From the NCBI RefSeq assembly GCF_000143415.4, contig NW_003314316.1, positions 322,120 through 386,119 of the forward strand: 64,000 bases of DNA, given 5' to 3'. The position numbers and the translations under genes are program-made. The notes under the pieces were generated by a model. That model made no database searches, had not been told where the DNA came from, and worked only from the letters and a program-made list of their open reading frames with translations. Of this stretch, positions 12,813-23,596 are shown in pieces; the first letter of the stretch is position 1; each line of letters opens with the position of its first letter. This DNA is from Selaginella moellendorffii. Lineage: Eukaryota; Plantae; Lycopodiophyta.

Positions 12813-14870
12813 ATGGAGGGAGGCGGGACGCTTGTGGATTTGTGCCTGGAAGCGGCATCGCGGAGCGCTGACAGTGTGAGATCTTGGCGTAGGCAGAGAC
12901 GAACTCTGGAAATTTTACCGGCTCATCTCGCGGAATCGTTGCTTCACCAGCTACTTGTCAAGAATCTCTTCTCGCCTCCACTTCTAGAGTAAGCACAAGA
13001 ATAGAAACGATCGATCTATAGAGAAACTCGTTTTAGCTTACACTCTTTTTTCATAGGCTCTTCCAGTTAAGTGTCGAGGAACTGGATCTAAATGGAGAAC
13101 TCAGTGTCGATGCCGAATGGATGGCCTACATCGGTGGATTTCGGCATTTGCGAGTTCTCAAAGTCGAAAGTTGCAAAGCCTTGAACAATTCAGCGATATG
13201 GCACCTCTCAGGCAAGCTCCATTTCTCTTTTGAAAGAAAACTTAGTTTTGCGGTTGGAATGTAGGAATGGAATCGATCGAAGAGCTACGAGTTGATCGTT
13301 GCTCCAAGATCACAAACCAAGGATTGGAACACATATTAACCCTCGGCAAGCTCAAGCACTTGGGACTCTCAGAAACGGGGATTGGAGAGCAAGGGATTGG
13401 AAAGTTGGCTGTTCTGAGGAACCTATCTCATTTGGATCTTGGCGGCTTACCTGTGACAGACTCTCATGTTTCTTCGCTTCTGGTAAGCATGCATTCTATA
13501 ACGATAAAAGATTTTTGATCGACTTGCAAAGGTTCCTTCCAGGTACTTCAACTCTTGATCGACCTCCAACTCTGGGGTAGCAGCATAACAAACGAAGGAG
13601 CAAATATGCTGAGGGGCTTTCCCAGGCTGGAAATACTGAACCTGGCATGGACAAAGGTTTCGGTGGTTCCCTCCATGCCGAGAGTGTCACAGCTGAATCT
13701 CTCTCACTGCGTGGTTCTATCGGTTTCCGAAGAAGGGTCAGCTCTCGATCAACTTCGTCTGTCCGGAGCAACTATACAGGATCCACTCAGAGTCCTCCAC
13801 AGTCACTCACTCCCCGAGCTCTCTGTGCTCGAGTTATCTGCGACCAACCTGGCAGCTTTGACCTTCCTTGGCAGCTTGAAGCGAGTAGTCAAGCTCGATC
13901 TGAGCTCAATGCCAAGCGTTTCGAGTGACACCATGAATCTGCTGGCCAAGTGTGCGAGGAATCTAAAGCACCTTGATCTCAGTGACACACGAGTTGGCTC
14001 AGAAGGCGTAGCAGTTTTGACTGGTCACGTTCCAGCTCTGGAGCATCTTTCACTCAGGGGCACCTCGATTACGGATAGTGTGTTTGGATACTTGGGGCTG
14101 ATGCCGTTGTTGATTGACATTGACCTCAGTAACACGAGCTTGACAGGTATGCCAGTTTTCGAGTTTACGAAAGTTTATTATACTTGTGCTTTGTGCATGC
14201 AGGCGCTCCTGTAGACTCTTCGTTTTGGTCTGTGCTTCATCTCCAGCAGCTCCACAACCTGAGACGATTGGACTTGCGTCGCACGCGATTTTCTGATAAG
14301 AGCTGCAAGCGACTCGCTTGTTTGGTGCGGTTAACACACCTGCTCTTGTGCGCCGAGTTTTTAACCGATGCATCGCTTCACGAGCTTTCTGCTCTCCCGA
14401 ACCTGCGAAGCCTTGCGTTTCAAGGGACAGTGTTGACAGACGCAGGCCTGCGCTCGTTGAAGCCCCCGCCTCCGCTGGAAGAGCTTGATCTGACGGACTG
14501 CTGGCTACTCACGGAAGGCTGTCTTCTTCAGTTCTGTGATTACTATCGCAGCGTAACTGTGAAGCACGATCGTATAGCTGGAAACCTTAACTCTCAACGA
14601 TCATCGGTCAGACGGATGCGAGTCAAGAACCCGCATGTTCCAGTGAAGACGCAGAGTAAAATTGGAAGAGGTACTTGAATTTGACTCGCAAGGAAAACGT
14701 TCACTTACAAAATGTGTGTTCCAGATGAACGGATTCGATATACATTCTCTGAGCTGCACGAGTTAAGGGCCTTAACGTCAGAAGTGGCCGCCTTGGAAAT
14801 GAGTACTTTACCTCGAGAACTTTCACGAACTTTACAAGATGAGGATCACATCGAGCCATCGTCGAGCTGA
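12813..14870 (+). CDS. Multi-exon leucine-rich-repeat (RNI-like) protein
   Basis: N-terminus LVDLCLEAA...WRRQRRTLE.LP.HLA..LLH.L, repeated LxxLxLxxT.VT/IT motifs across ORFs 13267-14678, short introns (one GC-AG at 13212-13264), last exon DERIRYTFSELHEL...* ending 14870. Confidence 0.85.
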
Positions 14871-14886
14871 GCCTCACGCTGAGTAT

Positions 14887-17824
14887 TTATGAGAGATGCT
14901 GTACACGTCCGTAAAGCTCTAGCGTGTCCGAGTGGGTCGGATCAATGGACAAAGCAGCGCGGCAGTCACGGAGAGCGTCTGATATTTCTCCGCTGCATTC
15001 ATGAAAAGCGGCACGGAGGTGGAGAAGCTGTAAGTCGGCCTTGAAAGCTATGGCTTTTGAGAGCTCGGCTATGGCTTCTCGATCTCGCTGGCTGTCCATA
15101 GCAACTGGAGAAAAACGATGGAACAACCAAGTAAGTTTCAAGTAAAAAAGCTGTCTGTAGTTTCTGATGCGATGACGTACCTGCTGCTCGGTATCTGTAT
15201 GGATAGGTCCGGAGCGGATCAATTTGCGTCACCATGCTTAAGTCTGCCATGACCAGATCGCGATCACAGTACTCAGCTCGCTTTTCATATGCTGACGCGT
15301 TATTCATCGACTTTTCGATCAACTTTGTCATCTCATCAAAAGCGGATTTGCGGTCTCCCTGCAAGAAATAGACACGAGCCAGGCCTTGATGAGCTCGAGT
15401 GTGCCGAATCTTCAGTGCGTTGACGTAGCAGTCCAGAGCTTGCTCCAGCTTTCCACAATCGACATAGACGCTTCCCAAGTTGTTGAGAGCCTGCGGTCGA
15501 GAAGTTATGTCAAGCTTTCGACGGACGTGTTTTGTACCTGGCCTTTGCGAAGCCCGTCGGACGGACACTTGAGAGCTTCTTCCAGCAGTCCAATAACTTT
15601 GGTGGACGCTGTCGGATCCAAACTGGTGTCTGCCAGGGCGTATGCTTTGAGAAAGAAAGCTTCGAAGGATCTTTGGAGGGATATAGACTCCTCCGCCTTT
15701 CTCAGTGCTTCTTGGCGGTGTCCAGTATCGTAAAGAAGCCATCCTTCGTAGACGAGCTTTTCCTGGTTGTTATCGGCGTGCTCTCGAGCCAGCCTCAAGC
15801 TTCTCAACGCGGCCTTTGGACAACTTAGCCTGTGAACAAGCAAGTATTTACATATTCAACCAGTCAGCTCGTAGAAACGAAGGTGGTGAAAGTTTCGACA
15901 GACCTGAGCAGCAGCAGAGATTGCCGGAAGAAAAGCAGGCCTTTCGAAGACTCAGCTTCCGTTTCCAGCATCTGGTGAACGACTGCTAGAGACGATATGT
16001 CATCGACAGACGACCAGTGATCATATAACTTCATCCAGCAATCTGCCTTGGTCCACTGCACCACATGCTGCTTGAGAAGATCCAGGAGCTGCGAAGCACA
16101 GACGCGTCCAGAGTACATCCTGTACCCAGGATCGAAAGTCAAGAGCGCCCGCAAGTCCCTCACAGCAGCGTCGTAATCGAGCAGCGCCAGACTGAAGTAA
16201 ACTCTGAGCTCCAGGCAGTCCTTGGTGATGCAGAATCGCAAGACCCGACTTATCTCCGTGATAGCCTCGTGAACTTTCTTCTCGTCCATCAAGACCGCAG
16301 CTCGGTACTTGTAAGGATACGTCAGAGTTGGATCAAGCTCGGTGGCCGTGTTGAGATCCGAGAGCTTGTCATGGCCGAGACAGTACAGGGACCTCTCTTC
16401 GAACATCCAGCCGCTGTTCTTGTAGCAAGCGATGATGTTCGCGGCTTCCGAGTAGGCCGCCATCCTGTGACCTCGCATATACTTCACTCTCGCGACACCG
16501 GCCAGCGAGTATATGTGGCCTTCGTCAGCGGCAGCCTCGAAGAACTCGTGAGCTTCTTTGTACTGCTTCCTGGCGAGCATCGAGCAGCCGAGCTGGTGCA
16601 ACGCGAGAGCTCTCTGCTTGGACGACACCGCACAGTCTTTGGCGAAGTGGAGCAGCTTGACCGTCATGTCGGACGAGAAGTCGTCGTCCATGGCAGCTTG
16701 GCCGAGCAGGCAGTAGAGAGAAAACGACGAGTGGCCGACCGCCGACAGTCTCTTGCGCCCATCCTGCGTGGAAAACAGCTTGGACACCGGGGCACTGTAC
16801 AGCGACTTCGGCAGCTCTCGCAGGAAGACTTGCAAGCAGGCTCCGACCAGGGACTGGGCGTTCTCGTCGAGAGCGCAGTCGAGAAAGGTGATGGCGTCCT
16901 GGAGGGTGTGGACGCACGTAGCCAGCCGCTGGTCGCAGGCCTCCTTCAACTTATCGCAGAAGAACTTGTTGGCGAACGTCATAACTTCGATGACGACGGT
17001 GGGGGAGGGCCTGCCGATGGTTCCCGTGCGAGCAAACTTGTCCACGGCTCTCATCCCCATGGCCGAGATCCCGTTCCTGGAGAACTCGATGTTGGTCCTC
17101 CTCGACTCGGTGAAGCAGCCGTTGAGCATGGCGTCGAAAGGCAGGCTGAGAGCGGCCATCTTTTGCCGGTTGCAGTAAATCCGATCACCCTCTACGTGGA
17201 AGACTACGTCCGAGAAGTGCCACCTCTCGTGCTGCTGCTGCTGCTGCTGCTCGTCCTCATCGCAGTAATCTAGAGCTAGGCAGGGGATATGATCGGCCAA
17301 CCTGGTGGAAGTAGCGGCAGCTCGGTGACTAGCGCTCTCGCCCGGGTTCTCATCGAGCTCCTCACCCCGCCTCTCGAACTTGAGCCAGGCAGCGATGACG
17401 AGCTTGTGGTGATTGGTGGTGGCGTGCTGGCGAGCGAGACGGAGGCTCCGGCGGAGGAGCTTGAGCTCGCCGAGGCCACGGAAGACGAACGACTGCTCCA
17501 GGTAGAGTCGAGACTTTTCTTGGTTGGATGTAGCAACGCCTAGCTCTTTATGGATTTCAGCCAGCGTCGAGACGTAGTCCACGGGCTTGAAGTTTGGATT
17601 GATGGGTGGATCTGCGAGCTTCGGAAGAAACATGCTGGAGGAAGGAAAAGAATCACAATCAAAAGAGCGAAGAACAAGGTGAGAATTTGTCTATCCATTG
17701 AGAGAGCGGAGAGAGCTTACCTTTGAGAGGAGTCCTTTTGATGGACAGGCTTCGATGCCGCTGTTGGTGCTGGCTTCTCCGACGATGCGACATGGAGGAT
17801 GTGGATATCCTTGCAAATTCCCAT
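14887..17824 (-). CDS. ETO1: ETO1/EOL-family BTB-TPR protein (ACS-targeting CUL3 adaptor), multi-exon
   Basis: FKPVDYV.TLA, AWLKFERR, BTB core CNRQKMAALS.PF.AML.G.F.ES, TPRs (ATELDPTLTYPYKYRAA; YEGWLLYDTG; QALNNLGSVYVDCG). First exon MGICKD... (17824) splices in frame to 17634. ETO1 versus EOL orthology not resolved. Confidence 0.93.
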
Positions 17825-18617
17825 TGCTGCGAAAGCACAGCCAAAGAAATGCTGCTCTGCTCGCTCACGCCATCGCCCTCCAAGTTCTATCGCTCACACC
17901 ATCGCCCTCCAAGCTCTATCCAGATTGAAGAGAAGAAGAGGTTTGAAACTCATCGCAGGACAAAGGGTCCGGGAAGAACCACAGAAGAAAAAAGAGGAAG
18001 AAGAGACCCAAAAACTAACCAGATAGACAAAATGAGAAAGAGGAAGTACCCAGAATGTGGGTTCTTTGTTGGAACCATTTTAAATGCTGCGAGCAGATAC
18101 CCAGTCTGGGCATCTGGCTGCTCAACGACACTCTCGCAAAAGCCACAAAGGGCTTTGAATTCTCGCCATAGCTAGCTTGCTCGATAGAGAGAAAACAAAA
18201 AAACACACGTCAAGCCCGTCATACCCGTCAGACCATTTCGTACACAGTGTGTACGGCCAGATTAATTTTCCAGCTGGCCAATGTGATTTGATCTCCCATC
18301 TATCTTGCTTTGTTTGTTCTTGCGGTATTGTCAGCGAATTTAGACAAGGTAGTGATCTTTGAATGCTTCATTCAATGGTCGTGAAGTTCGTTGCTGGAAG
18401 TATTTTACGTGTTTAAAGTGGAATGCGACGGAGACATTCTCGTGTGTGTGCTGTACAGAGAGCTTTCGAAAGAGTTTGAATCTGGCCGCTGGATTAGAAT
18501 CGCATCCAACGGCGGAGGTTCGTTAGGGCATTGGAACACGTGGCTAGGGATTATCTTTGAATCGACGGCGGAGATTCAAGCAATCTAGGCGCCCTTGTTT
18601 GTGTGGTGGTGTTGGCT

Positions 18618-19846
18618 ATGGCGGCCATTGGACGAGCGTGTGGATTTCCGCCGGTAGGGCTTGCGGCGCCGATCTCTCGCAGGAAGTCCGCGCACTGGAT
18701 TGTTACTCGCGGCGGCAATGGCCCGGCGATCAGGCGTGTCATTGTGAGAGCGGCTGGGGTTGATTTGGATGCGGCAGCTCCGGCGTCAAGCTCTGGAACC
18801 AAGAGCAAGGAAATTGTTCCTGATAACAGCTGGTCGATCACAAAGGTGTTGGCTTTGATCTTTCTTGCCGATTGGGAAACATTGTGTTGATTTTAGACAT
18901 CTTTTGGAACAATTGGACTCTTTCTCGGCTCAGGGCTTCTCTCGTAAGCTTCAAGTTACAAAGAAAGTATCGGTTGATATGAAATTCTCTTTTCTTTTTT
19001 TGTTCTTTCGCATATGAAGCTATGGTTTTGGCGCATACTTTACCATTCTACCAGGATCAGAATGGTCCTCTTTGATGCTAACGTATGGATTTCCACTCGC
19101 GATCATTGGAATGGCGCTCAAGGTATATTGTCATGCATGAAGCTGGAGCTTTAATCTTTGTTTGGAAATTTTCAGTATGCTGAGCTCAAGCCCGTGCCTT
19201 GCACAACTTACGCGGATGCTCTGGCATTGAGAGAATCACAAGCGACTCCAATTCTCAAGCAGGTAAAAAAGAAAGTTTTCTTCGTTTCCTTTTTTAGATG
19301 GTTTCGTTCGTGATGTTTGAACAGGTTAGAGAAGACGTGATCCGGTATAGATACGGAGATGAGCAGCACCTGGAAGAGGCGCTCAAGAGAATTTTTCGCT
19401 ACGGCCAGGTATAAAAACTAGCCAATTCCTCTCAGTCAGGTACAGCAGCATTCTCAACACTTGCGATTATAAACTAAAAATCGAGAGGCTCAATTCGCAG
19501 GGAGGAGGGATCCAAGCTCGCAATGGCCCAGTTCTCCAATCCATTCGCGAGGAAGTGAGTGATCAAGGCAAGTACACGCTCGTCCTCGTCTTCAAAGCCA
19601 AGGCTCTCCAGCTCGAAGATTTTCTCACTCGTCAAGTAAGCGAACTTTTCTTGGTTGCCACAAATCACATTTGTTTTGTTTCTTTCAGGCCAAATTCACA
19701 TCTTTCTTCGGCCCCGGGGTGACAGCAAACATTGGTAGGAGTTTTCTCGTGTTTTTGAAAGTTTTTAATCCTTCTTTACTATCGCAGAATCGACCGGCGA
19801 TAGCGTCTTCGAAGTGAAATTGATTGCTGATGGTGGAACTGTATAA
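18618..19846 (+). CDS. APE1: ACCLIMATION OF PHOTOSYNTHESIS TO ENVIRONMENT 1 / thylakoid protein slr0575-like (DUF2854), multi-exon, with transit peptide
   Basis: Spliced peptide YGFGAYF.ILPGSEWS..MLTYGFPLAIIGMALKYAELKPVPC...ATPILKQVREDV.RYRYGDEQHLEEALKRIF...FFGPG. Confidence 0.9.
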
Positions 19847-20009
19847 AGTAATGTAAGTAATACTTTGTGTAAAGATTGTATTTTTCTTTATAAATTTCAC
19901 CGATTGTGGAAATTGTACAGAATTAAATTCATATGGAGCTTGCATGGACCGAAATGTCAGCGCCTAGAGTTGCGATTCGGTCAACAGGGGAAAGAAGTCT
20001 TCCAACCAA

Positions 20010-21165
20010 GTGAAGTTTACCTACAAAGAAAAGGAGAATGGAGAGCAAAGAAAAGGAGAGACCCTCACAAAGTTTCTCCTTCTTTGTTGTTTGATAGTCG
20101 CTTCTTGGAATGTGATAATCTACAGAGAGGATGTCGTTCGTGTTCTTCCATCGACAAGTTTCAAGGATCCACCACTTCCAGAAGATCATCCCTCCAGCAG
20201 ATCCCTTGGTAATCCTTCTCCTCCATGTTTGGTTTGCTACCTTCCTGTGGATCAAGCACTGAAAACGTTGCCCCCACAGGGGATCTTCCCAAAGCTTATC
20301 CTCTCGACTCTCACTTATCTCCACCGGGAGTTTGGAGACTCCACACCATTTGGTGGGCGTTGCAGCCTCGAAGAAGGGCGAGAATCATTTAAGATCAGAG
20401 AGTCGATGGAAGTTCCGTATGGATTCGCCAGGCCCAGGAGAAAGGGCTCCGGATTCGAGATCCAGGAGGAGGCCGACATGGATTACCTCCAAGGATGCAA
20501 GGGAATCGTCGTACCCTCTGCGATTTTCGGCGACTATGGCGTGTTGAAGCCGCCCGCCAACTTGAGCAGCACCAGCGTCAAGATCGTTTGCTTCGCAATG
20601 TTTGTGGACGACGAGACCCTGCAAACTCTCCAGAGAGAAAGAGTTGAAACCGGGGCCTGCAGGATCATCCGCGTACGAAACACCGCATACGGGCGAGACA
20701 ACCGATCCAAGGGAAAGATTCCAAAGATGCTGCTGCGCTCGTCCGCGCGCTTCTCCATCTGGATCGATGCCAAGCTCCAGATAGTAGTGGATCCCATCCA
20801 GATTCTCCAGAGATTCCTGTGGAGGAGCGGCGATACCATGGCCATCGATAACCATTACGCGCTCGGATGCGTTTGACGAGGCGAAGGCGATCATTCGATA
20901 CAAGAGGTACGACAACAAAACCAAGCTTGATGCGCAGATGGAGTTCTACCGTACTCGTCCCGTACGACCGCGCCACCAGGATGCCGCTGGTGACTGACGT
21001 TCCTGAAAGCTGTGTGATGTACACGCCGATCGCGAATCTGTTTTCGTGCCTCTGGTTCAACGAGCTCGACAGGTTTACACCGCGTGATCAGGTGAGCTTT
21101 GCGGTGGTGCGTGACAAGATCATCGCGCAAGTTCCATGGCGGATCAATGTCTTTCAGGATGTGAG
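20010..21165 (+). pseudogene. DUF616 (TOD1/MUCI70-like glycosyltransferase family) pseudogene, apparently intronless
   Basis: PC.VCYLPVDQA, SAIFGDY, CFAMFVD, GKIPKML, SIWIDAKL, LFSCLWFNE.DRFTPRDQ.SF. Frameshifts near 20870 and 20955, an HRLFP deletion, and loss of conserved residues. Confidence 0.8.
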
Positions 21166-21374
21166 AGGCAAACTTTGTGTAATCCCATTTGTTTTTGACA
21201 CAGAATAAATATGTTTCTCACATATAAGAAATCTAACTCAAGACTTCAAAGGAATTTTCCAAATCATTCATTCATTCACATACTGTTTACACAATCTTGC
21301 TAGTGTAAAGCATGAGACGTGGTTTATTACAAAAATAACATTAAATGTTTTAGGTTTTTAGGGTTTACAGGCAA

Positions 21375-23131
21375 ATGGCGAGCGAGCAAATCCAGCGCTC
21401 CCAGCAATCGCAGCAGCCACTCCAGCAGCCGCTGGCGGTCGTGAGCAGCAGCGGTGGGAGCGCGCCTGGCTCTTCTTCCGAGAAGATCAATTTCAAGGCA
21501 CTGCACGTCCGGGAGTTCTCGGGCCACAAGAAGAAGGTTTGTGGAGATTTCTTCTAGGAGAAATTTCAAAGCTTTGTTCCTGCCAGGTACATTCTGTGGC
21601 CTGGAATTGCACGGGAAAGAAGCTCGCGTCTGGCTCCATCGATCAGACTGCTCGCATTTGGCATGTAGAACCTCACGGGCATGTAAGTTCTTTTTCTTTG
21701 GCGCTCGAAATCCTCTTTTATGTTTTCGTTTCTTTGTATCTGACAGAGTAAGAACACAAATTTCTTCGTGCTCACGGATTTTTCTTTTCCGTTCTTTTCT
21801 TTCTCTTTTCTTTTCAGAGTAAGAACAAGGATATCGAACTTAAAGGACACAGTGATAGCGTCGATCAGCTGTGCTGGGACCCCAGACACGCCGACCTTCT
21901 TGCGACAGCGTCCGGGGATAAGACTGTTCGTCTCTGGGATGCTCGCAGTAAGTATAGCGATTGATCTTCTATTTTCTCGTCAGCCCACTCACTCAATCAT
22001 TTTCAGCTGGGAAGTGTTCACAGCAAGTTGAGTTGAGTGGTGAGAACATCAATATCACTTTCAAACCAGATGGAACACACATTGCTGTCGGTAACAGGGT
22101 AAGCCAGTGACAATGGAATCCTTTTTTTTTTGGCTCTCTTCCAACCAAGATCTACCTGCAGGACGACGAGCTTACCATTATTGATGTTCGTAAGTTCAAG
22201 CCTCTCCAAAAACGGAAATTTGCCTATGAAGTAAGAAGCATAAATATTGTTTTGAGGCTCTAAGTACTTGTTTCCACTTCAGGTGAACGAAATAGCTTGG
22301 AATAGCACTGGTGAGCTCTTCTTCCTGACAACTGGGAATGGTGAGGTATTTTTCACCTTTGCTCGGGAGCTGCTCAATATTGAGTGTTTCAGGAGGGTTT
22401 GGTACTGCAGGGACTGTCGAGGTTCTATCGTATCCATCGCTGCAAACACTCCAGACGCTCATTGGTCATACAGCCGGCTGCTACTGCATCGCTATAGATC
22501 CTACTGGCAGGCAGGTTTGCTGCTCGAAATTCCTGTGAAAAGTTCCTAAGCTTCTTTTTCCTTATTTCCCTCTACATTCTCAGATACTTTGCGGTTGGAA
22601 GCGCGGACGCTTTGGTGAGCCTGTGGGATGCGTCCGAAATGCTGTGTGTTAGGACCTTCACAAAACTCGAGTAAGTAGCCCAACTTATACTTCTCTTTCG
22701 TAAACTTCACATAAGCGAACGCTTTTTTTCTCCAGATGGCCTGTGAGGACGATAAGCATAAGTCACGACGGCCAGTACCTTGCTTCCGCGAGCGAAGATC
22801 TCTTCATTGGAATTGTAAGCTACTTTTCTCTGCTCCCACTTTTCTCTCGCTTCGAGATGGATCAACCTTACGGAAAGCTGTGACTTCCTACCACAGGCGG
22901 AGGTGGAAACTGGAAGATCGGTACACCAGATTCCGTGCCGCGCAGCCATGAACAGCGTCGAGTGGAATCCAAAGTACAATCTCCTGGCATTTGCAGCGGA
23001 CAAGCAAGTCGACAAGTACCAAACCGACGAAGGTATGCACTGCTCATCGGTCGCTCCTTACGAAAAAAATCGTTTTTTTTTCTTCCTTCGTTACAGGTGT
23101 TTTTCGAATCTATGGCTTTGAAAGTCCCTGA
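21375..23131 (+). CDS. THO3: THO complex subunit 3 / TEX1 (WD40), multi-exon
   Basis: REFSGHKKKVHSVAWNCTGKKLASGS.DQTARIW, ELKGHSDSVDQLCWDP, LSGENINIT, GHTAGCYCIAIDPTGRYFAVGSAD, MNSVEWNPK.NLLAFA, GVFRIYGFES*. Confidence 0.95.
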
Positions 23132-23596
23132 CCATTTCGCGAGGATATTCCCTTTGTTGTGAGGAATATTCTGGTAACTTTGAAGATGTTTCGCGCACAT
23201 TCTGGTAGCGAATATTCGCGGCTGTGCCCGGACAATATTCCCCCTCTCTCTTCTCTCTTTCCTGGGTCATGACCCGTCGATGAGTGGAGTACCGCCATAG
23301 CTAGGGTTGCGCGAGGCGCGTGGGGTTTGGGCACGGGAATTTTTCCTCTCAAGCGGCGTCGAGTGATTCTCTCTTTGGCGCTTTGCTCCCTCTCGCCGGG
23401 CGCGCGCATCTGATGATCCAAACGTTCCTCCTCTTGGTCGCGGTCGTCATCTTCTTCAGGCTGCTTACCAGCGGGTGCGCGCTCACAAAAACCCCTTTGC
23501 CATTCTCTGGATCGATATTTTAGGGTTCTTACCTAGGGATGCTAAGGATTCTTTGGGTGTGTTGATAGGCTCAACGCGGCAATTGCGTCACACCGT

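Noticed and set aside
16065-17273. 402-aa plus-strand ORF
   Set aside because: Antisense shadow of the GC-rich ETO1 exon; no independent motif.
17861-17918. Two 29-bp direct repeats upstream of ETO1
   Set aside because: Simple tandem duplication with no spacer; not CRISPR-like and no functional evidence.
21350-21367. TAGGGTTT telo-box-like motifs near gene starts (also ~12767, ~23521, ~51126)
   Set aside because: Short, common plant promoter motif; cannot be supported as functional from sequence alone.
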